Position numbers and translations under genes: made by a program. Below the pieces are notes generated by a model. It searched no databases, was not told the DNA's origin, and saw nothing but the letters and a program-made list of their open reading frames with translations. From Octopus bimaculoides (taxonomy: Eukaryota): a stretch of 46,822 nt of DNA. Position 1 is the first letter of the stretch. Each line of letters begins with the position of its first letter. Shown one piece after another: positions 24,592 to 36,081 of the stretch. The stretch spans positions 44,109,560-44,156,381 of the forward strand of contig NC_068982.1 of the NCBI RefSeq assembly GCF_001194135.2, written 5' to 3'.

Positions 24592-26133
24592 CAGGCTTCT
24601 TTCCATTTCCATCTGCCAAATCCACTCACCTCACAAGGCTTTAGTCAGCCCGAGGCTATAGTAGTTGACACTTGCCCAAAGTGCCATGCAGTAGGACTGA
24701 ACCCAAAACCATGTAGTTGAGAAGTAAGCTTCTTACCACACACTCATGCCCGTTCCTAGACATACTCTGAATAAGACATGATGGCCAAGAATGGAATACC
24801 TTTAGTCATAAACTTGTCCAACTGTGGTTGACATGCAACTAAAAAATAACAACAACAAGACAATGATTGGTGCAAAGTCTGATCACATGGTCTTGTTATT
24901 AAATTCTCTCGTCACTTCAACAAATGAGGGTTCAGAAAAACACAACTGCACAGTGTGCTTAATCCAACGTTTTGTCATATAAGAAAGTGTGATGGTGCCT
25001 TGGTTTACTGAACGACCTACATAAATATTATTATAATGGGCATGGTTAGTGCAGAGCTAGTCCCACTCTTTCATCCTCCAAACTTGTATTGATTGCTCTG
25101 GTGCCACAAGTGCCATGAGCCCAATAGTTATCAGGATGCAGGATTTCTATGGAGTTACCTTCTCTTAGATGTGCAGCTAAAGAGGTGAAGGACTTTATTG
25201 ACACTGAATCTATTAGGGTGTCTGTGAATAACCTTCTTCCAGAGGCAATTTCGGGATATGATAATTAACCCATAGCTGAGACCCAGACAGGCACTACTAC
25301 TCTGGGTCAGAGAAGACCCAGGAATAATAATGGTTAAGACACTTCATAAAACACTGGAGCTCCCAAACCAGGGCCATACAACTGGATGCAGTTTAAAATC
25401 ATACCCGAAACATATGGTCTTGCGATGCCTCTTTCATTGATCTTTCAACTCTTATTGTGGTTGACTTGACAAGAACTGAGCACAGAAACTCATCAATGTC
25501 ATTTATCAATTAAAAATGAGAGTAATATACTATGTCATGTTCATGTGAAGATCAGCGAAGGTCTGTGGTTGAGTATTTAGGGTACTGAGCCCACAGTCGT
25601 AGGTTCGATTCCAAGACTGGATAGCAGATTGTATCCTTCAGCAAGGCACTTCAATTCATATTGCTACAGTCCGCTCAGCTGGAAATGAGTACTGGCTGCC
25701 AGCTAATGGAGCCATTTCTTCTTTCAGCTATCACATCCTCAATGTCCCTGCTGATGACCAATGAGATGTCTATATCTGCTTGTGACTATATAGGCACCTA
25801 AAGCAATTAGTGAAAGCACAGTACAAGCTACAAAGATCAAACCTACTTGCAGGTTTGATGGACATAAGTTTATTTTTTAATGTCATGTTCATGTAGCAAG
25901 CAACAGAACACAGAGGACTATCACAAATGAAAGGCTAACAAACCAGTCTAGTATTATTCATGAAATGGGGGAGAGGTATGATTCACAGAATACCATGTAG
26001 GCAATGTAATTGCAAATTAATTGGTGTTAAAAAATGAAAATAAAAAAATATATGTAAAAAAACAAAAAAAGCAAGCTAATTTTGAGAAATGGTAACAGGA
26101 TGTAAAAGTAGACCTACTTACCAAAATCCCATC

Positions 26134-26212
26134 TCACACAAGTCCAACATCCAGTGACATCATAACACAAAACCCAAAGATTGCACACCATGAAGAGAGT
26201 TTACCATTACCA
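26134..26212 (-). CDS. SLC39A11: Terminal coding exon of zinc transporter ZIP11 (SLC39A11/gufA-type)
   Basis: Acceptor tttatttatttacAG (26214-26213), then T GGT AAT GGT AAA... = (S)GNGKLSSWCAIFGFCVMMSLDVGLV*. This closely matches the human ZIP11 C-terminus as I recall it (SGNGKLASWASILGFVVMMSLDVGLG*). The phase-2 entry splits the Ser codon. Stop TGA at 26136-26134. AATAAA on the minus strand at 25874-25869 is a candidate polyA signal. Confidence 0.9.
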
Positions 26213-26262
26213 CTGTAAATAAATAAATAATTAAATAAATAAATAAAGAGAAAAACAATACT

Positions 26263-26456
26263 TTAATCCATTAGCATTTAATCCAGCCATATCTGGCCCA
26301 AATATTCTACCTCTATTATGCTAAAACTGACCAGATCCAACCTGTTACCCCAACCCTACAATGTCATTCTAAAATTGACAATGCATGGTTAATTTGAAAT
26401 AATGTGAATAGATAAGCATTACTTTTGACAGAGTAATCTGAATGTTAAAGGGTTAA
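26263..26456. mobile_element. piggyBac-like MITE, copy 4 (internally shortened), about 50 bp upstream of the ZIP11 acceptor
   Basis: TTAA-tccattagcatt ... aatgttaaaggg-TTAA. Confidence 0.75.
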
Positions 26457-27004
26457 TATTAACACCATCGTCATCGTCATCACCATCAAAAAAAGCAACA
26501 ATAACAATGACCACCTAATCAAGCCAGTGTTGAAGCCTTGATGTAAGTACTTGACTTGCTAGAAATAATAGGTAAATTTTCCTCAAAAAGAACTGTATCA
26601 TCTTAAACACAGCATACTGTCTTATGTAGTCTGATGATATAAACTCTGTCTGAAAAAAAAGAAAAAGAAAAAAAATACTGTGGGATAATCATGGCTGGAA
26701 TGCCTTTGTCACTGCTTAATTTGGGTAGACCTAAATAACAATAACAATGGTGGTGTTAGCAATGATGGTTAGTACAATAACACTACCATCATCATTATCA
26801 TCATTGTCATTACTTTTTTTTATTCATTTCCCATCATCAGCTTATTTTTGAGATTTAGATCCACAATTTACTTCATTGCTTCTTCCACTAAGACAATGAA
26901 ATATGTTGACCTGTTCAATGATATCCAGAATATTCTGGACAACTAGTATGTATATAGTGAGTTCAAAAAAGAAAAACGACAAAAAAACAACAAAAAACAA
27001 CACG

Positions 27005-27216
27005 ATATTGTGTTACTGGACGCTCAGGAAAGGGAAGAAAGAGAATTTGACGTTTCGAATGGAGCTCTTCGTCGGAAATATAGGAAAGTCCAAAGAAGGG
27101 AAGACAGAGGAAGAAAAAATCGCCAACGATATACCCGAGGTTACATTGTGGAATGACTGGAAGGGAAAGGGTGGAGAAAAAGTTCTTTCTAAGACAGGAG
27201 AGTGCAAGAGAGGGAG
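27005..27216 (+). other. Candidate first exon in a CpG-retaining unique segment
   Basis: Several CpGs in an otherwise CpG-poor window, ending in a perfect donor GAG|GTAAGT (27217). Possible ATG at 27059 (MELFVGNIGKSK...). The 5' boundary is approximate. Confidence 0.3.
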
Positions 27217-27740
27217 GTAAGTATGTGTGCGTGCGCGTGGGTCCGTGTGTGTGTGTAATAACAGAACGTGTGTCGTTGTCATTTAGCTTCCCTACACAAG
27301 CATTCCCTAAGTCGGCTCTGATCTACACCTATAATCAAGGGCATTCCAGCAATGACCATCCTCACTTTTTGTATATCCAGCATTACACTTTCTCCACCTT
27401 TTCTTAACACAGTGGAGAATCATATTTAGATAATTTTATAGAGACTCTCATAATGACTCTGGTATGTATATGCAGAGAAGACACATGGCTCAGTGGTTAG
27501 AGCATCAGGCTTACAATCATGAGGTTGTGAGTTTGATTCCCAAACCTGACTGTCTGTTGTGTTCTAGAACAAGACAGTTTATTTCATGTTGTTTCAGTTC
27601 ATTCAGCTGTAGAAATGAGCTGTGACATTACTGGTACCAAGCTGTATCAGCCTTTGCCTTTCACTTGGATAACATCGCTGGCATGGGGAGGGGAACTTTC
27701 TCTGTGCAATCCCATGGTCATTTGTGACTGAAGGAGCTCT

Positions 27741-27772
<32 letters not shown>

Positions 27773-28403
27773 TTATATAAGGGGCATTACTACAGAATAA
27801 TGCCACACACTGGACTTCCCAAAATAAACACATTTAGTACCGAATGCGAGGAAAACAACCAACAGAAGTTGGGAAGTTCAGTGTGTGGCATTATTCNNNN
27901 NNNNNNNNNNNNNNNNNNNNNNNNNNNNNNNNNNNNNNNNNNNNNNNNNNNNNNNNNNNNNNNNNNNNNNNNNNNNNNNNNNNNNNNNNNNNNNNNNNNN
28001 NNNNNNNNNNNNNNNNNNNNNNNNNNNNNNNNNNNNNNNNNNNNNNNNNNNNNNNNNNNNNNNNNNNNNNNNNNNNNNNNNNNNNNNNNNNNNNNNNNNN
28101 NNNNNNNNNNNNNNNNNNNNNNNNNNNNNNNNNNNNNNNNNNNNNNNNNNNNNNNNNNNNNNNNNNNNNNNNNNNNNNNNNNNNNNNNNNNNNNNNNNNN
28201 NNNNNNNNNNNNNNNNNNNNNNNNNNNNNNNNNNNNNNNNNNNNNNNNNNNNNNNNNNNNNNNNNNNNNNNNNNNNNNNNNNNNNNNNNNNNNNNNNNNN
28301 NNNNNNNNNNNNNNNNNNNNNNNNNNNNNNNNNNNNNNNNNNNNNNNNNNNNNNNNNNNNNNNNNNNNNNNNNNNNNNNNNNNNNNNNNNNNNNNNNNNN
28401 NNN

Positions 28404-28447
<44 letters not shown>

Positions 28448-28682
28448 CATTAGTAAAAGTGTATTGAAAATCAGATCCTATAGTTGATGGTATAAAAAGC
28501 ATACAGGCATATTACACACCAGGCAAAATGCTTAGCCACATTTCACTTGTCTCTACGTTCTGGGTTCAAATTCCGTGGAGGTTGACTTTACCTTTCATCC
28601 TTTCAGGATAAATAAAATACTGAGTATTGGAGTTGATGTAATCGACAAATCCCCCTCCACCAAATTTCAGGCCCTGAGCCTC

Positions 28683-28838
28683 TTATCTCTTTTACTTGTT
28701 TCAGTCATTTGACTACGGCCATGCTGGAGCACCGCCTTTTAGTCAAGCAAATCGACCCTAGGACTTATTCTTTGTAAGCCTAGTACTTATTCTATCGGTA
28801 TCTTTTGCCGAACCACTAAGTTACGGGGACATAAACAC
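28683..28838 (-). mobile_element. Microsatellite-associated SINE-like repeat (ttttacttgtttcagtcatttgact.cggccatgctggagcaccgcc family), young copy cut by the gap
   Basis: Family copies at ~3805-4002 (+), 5980-6162 (+), 6205-6385 (-), 21745-21855 (-), 24320-24520 (-), 34460-34570 (-), 35105-35340 (-) and 44040-44230 (+). Confidence 0.8.
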
Positions 28839-28954
28839 NNNNNNNNNNNNNNNNNNNNNNNNNNNNNNNNNNNNNNNNNNNNNNNNNNNNNNNNNNNNNN
28901 NNNNNNNNNNNNNNNNNNNNNNNNNNNNNNATATATATATATATATACACACAC

Positions 28955-29117
28955 GATGGGCTTCTTTCAGTTTCCGTCTACCAAATCCACTCACAAGGCT
29001 TTGGTTGGCCCGAGGCTATAGTAGAAGACACTTGTCCAAGGTGCCACACAGTGGGACTGAACTCGGAACCACGTGGTTGGTAAGCAGGCTACTTACCACA
29101 CAGCCACTCCCGCGCCT
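28955..29117 (-). mobile_element. CORE-type SINE, well-preserved copy
   Basis: Reverse complement of the 3238/5244 family. Further minus copies at ~12975-13137, 18150-18303, 24590-24750, 34603-34760 and 35615-35765, and a plus copy at ~33410-33570. Confidence 0.85.
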
Positions 29118-29815
29118 TAGAAAAGTTTATTAAACTTCTATTTAAGGTAGCAAGCTGGCAGAATTATTAACACACAAGGAAAAATGCTTAGTCACATTTT
29201 GTCCATTTTCACATTCTGAGTTCAGATTCCATCAAGGTTGATTTTACCTTTCATCCTTTTATAGTTGATGAAATAAGTACCAGTTGAGTATTGGGGTTGA
29301 TGTAACTGACTTATCCCTTGCCCTGAAATTGCTGGCCTTGTTAAGGTGGCAATCTGGCAGAATCATTAGCATGCCTGGCAAAATGCTTAGCGGTATTTCC
29401 TCCTGCTTCACATTCTGAAGTCAAATTCCACCAAAGTTGTCTTTACCTTTTATCCTGTTGGAGTTGATGAAATAAGCACCAGTTGCGTAATGGAGGTCAA
29501 TGTAATCAACTTATCCCACCCCTGAAACTGCTAGCCTTGTGCCAAAATTTGAAATCAATATTTACAACACGCAAGAAGGAAGCTATACAAAACTCTTTGT
29601 TTCTCCTCTCCATTCCTAAGTGTTTCTTTAATGTATAAACCTATGAAAGAAATGCTCACTCACTTGCCATCCTAAACAATCCCAGACAGACAGTTTCGGG
29701 GAAGGGGATAAGATAGTGGAGTAGGATTTGAGAGAGACTCGACAGCTATTTCTAACAGGTCAAGCGGTTTCATTCTGGTTTTGGTAGAAGGAGAGGAAAT
29801 AGTGGCAGGAGTGAT

Positions 29816-29820
<5 letters not shown>

Positions 29821-29880
<60 letters not shown>
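29821..29880 (+). repeat. Perfect (AG)30 microsatellite, representative of dozens of TA/CA/GA tracts in the window
   Basis: Direct inspection. Confidence 0.95.
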
Positions 29881-29881
<1 letters not shown>

Positions 29882-31689
29882 AAGGGTGGGGTGGGGAGTT
29901 ATTACTATTTCTTTAAAACCCTAAATCAATCACCTACTCTCCTGTTCCTCCTCCTCCTCCTACTACTACTACTGAAATCATTCGTAATCACTAAGCAAGG
30001 ATCTTTGATGATGGCTGCAGTTCAAGCACCAACAGCAGCAGCAACAACAAAAAAAACCCCAACAAACAACAGTAGTTTTCACTGCTATCACCTACTGTTT
30101 GGTATTGCAAGCTTTTGGTAAAGCATCAAAGCACTTTAATCTTAACCTTTGCATTACCAATCCAATCATGGCACAGTTTCTCTAAAACTATTTTCTTTAT
30201 CTTTTCCATTCTTTCATTTCTTTGATGCCTATTTTTCCTTGCTTTCATCAAAGAGGACTCACTCATCATGATACTATTTCCTTCAAATTTTGTAATCTGT
30301 GACTTCAATACTTTGACTCTTCTTTGGATGTTTCTAGTGTTTTGGGAAAGTTTTGTGAAGTCAAAAAATCATAATTTAGTCTTCAATGCCAAAGAAGGTG
30401 GAATCATTTTTATGCGATACAAAAACACTAAAGTGTGTATGCAGTGCCAACTTAACACATGGCCACATTGGGCAGTTTCCTGGGAAGCCTCATGCATCTA
30501 GGGGTCCAATTATGATCTAGGAATGCTGTGGCTTGCTGTCAATAAGTAAATAAATACCCTAGCATTCAATGCATTAATTCACCCAGGGGCACCATGGGTT
30601 TAGGGTCCCAATTCCAATCTAGGGTCCAGTGCACTGATTTGTCAGTAGGGGAGGGTACAATGCTGCTAAGACAGTCCTGTGGTTATGCAACTGTTTAAAA
30701 TTCTGTAAAATACAATGATAAACAGAATCTCAATACAGAAAGAAAAGAGAAGTACATATATTCTTGAAGAGATCAACATTTTGTTCATTCTAACACAGAA
30801 ATGCTCTGCTGACAGATCAGCCCAGTTATTTAATAAGAGTTAAATAGCTTATTACTGCTAATAACCAACAATTCCCTTTGAGCAAATCATTGTCTTCCCA
30901 TTTGAAATTATGTTGGTTGTCTGCTCTGTTATATTGGCAGACTTGAAGTACTTAAAAATATAGGTGCACCATCCATCTGTCTGTCTGTCTGTCTGGCTGC
31001 AATGTCATTACACCTCATTTCTAGAACTCCCACTGGTTGCACTGCCTGTGTTAGTATTGAATTTCTATCGACATTTTGTCTGCATACTGAATAAGTCTAC
31101 CTTCCTGCTACCGACCTTGTTCTGCTTGTAGAAAAGAAATACACATACACAAACACACATGCACACACACACACACACATGGAATCAGATAACACACATA
31201 TACACAAAAACACAAGCTACCTCAAAGAGAGGGGCACAGAAGATGGCTGGGAAATTAAAAGAGGAAAAATAAAATACCAAGTGTTTGTTTGCATGAGAAA
31301 AGACTGTGGTGAGAATGAATGATGAGAACTGGGTAAACAAGTGTCTGTATGTAAGCTGGGGGTGACTGCTGGTATTCAGAGTAGAGGTAGGCCAAGGAAA
31401 AAAAAAAAAAACCTGAAAGGAGGTAGTTAGAGCTGATTTAAGAGACCTAAAACTTGACAGAGAGGAACTGGTTGAGGGGAGGGCAATGCAAAGAGAGAGG
31501 CAGATAAAGAAGAAATAAACATGAGAGGGACGGAGAAAGAGTGAGAGAGAGAGAGAGAGGGGGGGAAACAAGAGGGAGGAAATGAGAAGGAGAGAAAAGC
31601 TATGAAGTAGCACTGCCTAATTCCGAGCCAGCATGAAAAAACAGATGTATTCTGGTGCCAATATGTGTATGTTATGTTTATTTCATATA

Positions 31690-31726
<37 letters not shown>

Positions 31727-31760
31727 ATGTATGTATGTATATATACAGACACGCACATAT

Positions 31761-31797
<37 letters not shown>

Positions 31798-34407
31798 CAT
31801 ACATACATATATGTTATTATATGTGTATGCATGTATGTGTGTGCATGCATGTATGTGCAAGTATAAGGCAAAGCTCACAAGCCTTAAATTCTAGATAATA
31901 AACCATTATGTACACATGAAATATTTTCTTTGTTTTATTTTTGTTCTTGTTGTAAATGTTGCATTTATTCAGATGACTTAATCTTTCTCTTTCTCTCTCT
32001 CTCTCTCTTTACTTCTCCCTCTTTCTCTCTCATTCTAGCTGTCTATCTCTCTCTCTCTCTTTACCTCTCCCTCTTTCTCTCTCATTCTAGCTGTCTATCT
32101 CTCTGTCTATTTATCTATCTCTTGAAGTTTCATTACTAGTCAAACAATTTTAGGACATTTTGCAAAGCCTCTCATGGCATTTACAATCCTGGCATAGATG
32201 AGAAATATTTTTCTTTCAAATTCTCTCTCTCTTTCTCTCTCCCACTGTTAGTTTGTCCCTCTCTTCTTTATCTTCTTCTCTCACACTCTCTTTCCAATCT
32301 ACTGAAACTTGTAGACTTATCAACAATGTTGCTATGTAATGGGAACTAGGTTCATTGAATTAAGTCATTTTACTGTTACAAAAGCAGCAGCAGTAGTAGT
32401 AGTAGGAAGAGGAGGACCAGCAGCATCTATTTCTAACATAAGAATGGGACAACAGACTCTGGGGGGATGGTCAGTTAATTGAATTAACCTCAAGTATTTT
32501 ATCAATCTCTATTTTATCAATCAAACTGCTATATTGTGAGACATATAGGCACAAAACTTAAACATTACACGAATTAAACATAACAGACAGACATGCACAC
32601 AAACATACACATACATATATACATAAACCGTTGAGCAGTAGATTACAGGTTATGGAATATAACTGGTCAGACTGCTCTTGTAGGTTTCATGCCCACTATT
32701 GCACTTTGCCGCATTGATAATTTTTCAAACATATTGGCCAGAAACACAACCTATTTTTATGTTGGAGGTATACATGGCCCTAGTTGGCTCATAATTTGAT
32801 AAAAAAAACTGGGATGAAATGTAGTGAAAAGTTATAACATATTGCAGGAGGAAAGGAGAGTTGCCTCCCATGGATTGATGTCAGCCATTGTTGAAGCGTG
32901 TCAGTTGAGTGCACAGGTTTAGGAAAGATCTGACTTACACTAACTCCTTAAGGCTCAGGTAGCTTTTAACTTTTTTCCATTAAAGGAGTTTTTTAACCTA
33001 ATATTCTACACTTTATTACATTTAATTTTACCTACTTCGAGTTCCACCATAAAAATATGCATGTGGTGTGTGTGTGTGTGTGTGTAATGGGGATGCATGG
33101 CTTAGTGTCTAGGGTGTTGCATTCTGTCAGGATGGAAAGCAAAAATCAAACTCACTGGAGTTTAAACCAGTCATGGGCAACCTGCAACCCACCTGATTGT
33201 GAGACATGTCTCATGTGGCCCATTTCTTGAAAAATGTTGCTCGTGCCTGGCTTGAAGCCCGAAACACAGACGTATAATTAAATACTGTTAACTTGACTGT
33301 GATCCTTCTACATCTATTGTTTACATTGGGCACACTGTACAGAGTTACTACACACTCCTTATTTTTGTGTGTTGGGTGGGTGTGGGGGGCGGTGTTTGTG
33401 TATGTTTATATGGTTGTGTGGTGGAAAAGCTAACTTCCCAAATACAAGGTTTTAGGTTCAACCCCACTGCATAAGACATTAGGTAACAATCTTCTACAAC
33501 AGCTCAAGGCTGACCGAAGCCTTATGAGTGGAATTGATAGAAGGAAACTGAAAGACGCCCATCATGTATCATCATCATCATTATCCTCAATGCCATCATC
33601 ATCATCATTGCTATTTTGTACCTTGTGAAGCTTATATTTGCTGTACTCTTATCTTGCATCCTTAACACCCCCTATCATTAACCTACTGCTCACCCCACCT
33701 TTCTTCTTTCACCCAGCTCTTTATTGTTCATAGCCCCACATGTGCTACCTATACTATTCTCATCAATCAGACCCTTGTGCATCACTAGAGTACATTCTAA
33801 CTTCCTCCTCTTGTACTACCAGCCAGCACTCTTTCTCCTCTGGGTCACTTCTTTTACCACCCTCTACTCCTCTTCTTATTTACTGTGTACAAAACAAGCC
33901 CTCTCCTGTGTTGAGGCCACAAGAGAACATTCTGTCCTCCACCATCATGCTCCCATGAATGGGGTGGGAAACTACTTCTTTAATATCTATGCCATAAAAA
34001 TACATCCAGTACATGTTGTGAAGTGAATGGCAAATAACCAGAGAAAGAATGGAGTTGTGGGGTACTTCTAGTCTTGTCCTGTCAAGGACTACTCAGCCTC
34101 TGTAGTGTAGCTGTCTTGAGAAACTGTACACAGAACACTCTGTAAAGTGGCCGGGAACAGAAAGTACATCCAATTATAGAAACAAAGTCAAATGACACAT
34201 ACAAGAACCAGTCTATGGGAACAATAGCTCCCAATAAGAAATGACTCAGACCATTGCAACCCATCCATCCAGTATGTGAAATGATGATGATGATATACAG
34301 ATATATACATGTATGAATGTGTATGTGTGTGTGGTGTGTAGATATATGTATATCTATCTATCTATCTATCTATATATATGCATATGTGTGTGTGTGTGTG
34401 TGTGTAA

Positions 34408-34451
<44 letters not shown>

Positions 34452-35569
34452 GAAGAAATCAACTCAAATACTTAATTTTTTCAAGTCTGGTACTTACTCT
34501 ACCAGTCTCTTTTGCTGAACTACTAAGTTATGGAGACATAAACAAATCAAAACCGGTTTTCAAGCAGTAGTTGGAGAAACAAAAGCAACACACACACATG
34601 CAGCAGGCTTCCACACAGTTTCCATTTACCAAATTCACTTTCAAGGCATTGGCTGATACAGGGCTATAGTAGAAGACATTTACCCAACAACGACACAGGG
34701 ACACAATCCAAAACCATATGGTTTCAAAGAGAGGTTCTTAAGCACACAGCCATACTTGCATGTATCCATATACATACACGTAAATACACATGTGTGTGCA
34801 TAGCATGTGCAAGTGTCCAAGTGCAATGTATGCATGAATGCTGACATCACATAATTATACGTGTCAACATCAGAGTAAAATGGTGATATGATGTTTACAT
34901 GCCTTGTTGACATCAAAACCAGTTGCAATACACTTGTGAAAACCAATGGAACAATAATGTCCCTTGCATGGGTTGGCAACAGGAAGAGCATTTATTTGGT
35001 CACAAAATGCTGTCACTATGTAGTCCCTGTCTCATATGGAAATGCGGAGATTAAATGAGCAATAGTGGTGAGGATTCCATTAATCATAGAAACAGGTTTC
35101 AAATGTATCTTTATCTTTTACCAGTTACCTTTTACTTGTTTCAGTTATTAGACTGCAGCCATGGTGGGGCACCACCTTGAAGAATTCTTCCTTTCAGTTG
35201 AATGAATCAATCCCAGTACTTGATTATTTTTTGCCATTTTCTTTAAGCTTGGTACTTATTCTAAAGGTCTCTTTGCTGAAATGCTAAGTTACAGGTACGT
35301 AAACACACCAACATCAATTGTCAAGTAGTAGTAGGGTACAAACATTGACACAAAGACACCTCCCCCCATGCTTAGTTTAGTATGGTGGCAGCTGATGAAG
35401 GAAATGTTCTCTATGTGGCCTGTGTGTTTTCTGTACTCTGGTTATGTTCTGTTTCTCATTTTGTCCAGGTTTTTTTGTAACGTCCTATACCCAGATATCC
35501 ATCTATACATACATGTAGATGTAGGTATGTACATACATGTACGTATATATGCATATACTCACATATTTG

Positions 35570-35605
<36 letters not shown>

Positions 35606-36045
35606 TGTGTGTGTGATGGGCTTCTTTCAGTTTCTTTCTATCAAATCCACTCACAAGGATTTGATCAGCTCAAGGCTATAGTGGAAGTCACTTACCCAAT
35701 GTGCCACACAGTGGAACTGAACCCAGAACCATGTGGTTGAGAAGCAAACTTCGTACCATACAGCTATGTATTGAGCCTATAATACAATCTTAGATGCAGC
35801 ACATTTGCCTAAAAAAAGATGGTCATGGTTGAAACGCTTTTGATCATAGGACTGCTTGACCAAGATTCAACTAACCTGGGGCTAAACAACTGTTAGTGAA
35901 GAAATAAGTAGTAAAAAGTGAATAAAAAAAACAAAAAAATGAAAAGAAAGTAAAAACAAAACACTAAAATACAGCAGTGTGTGTTTGTGTGTATGTATGT
36001 GTTTGTGTGTGGGTGTGTATGTGTGCGTGTGTGCGTGCGTGTGTG

Positions 36046-36081
<36 letters not shown>

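Noticed and set aside
35390-35410. CTGATGA-AG-GAAA as a hammerhead (also 1537-1548, 21400-21418, 26826-26845 and 6981)
   Set aside because: No stem II, or no downstream GAAA/NUH and stem I. The GAAA is not conserved between the related 35390 and 1540 copies.
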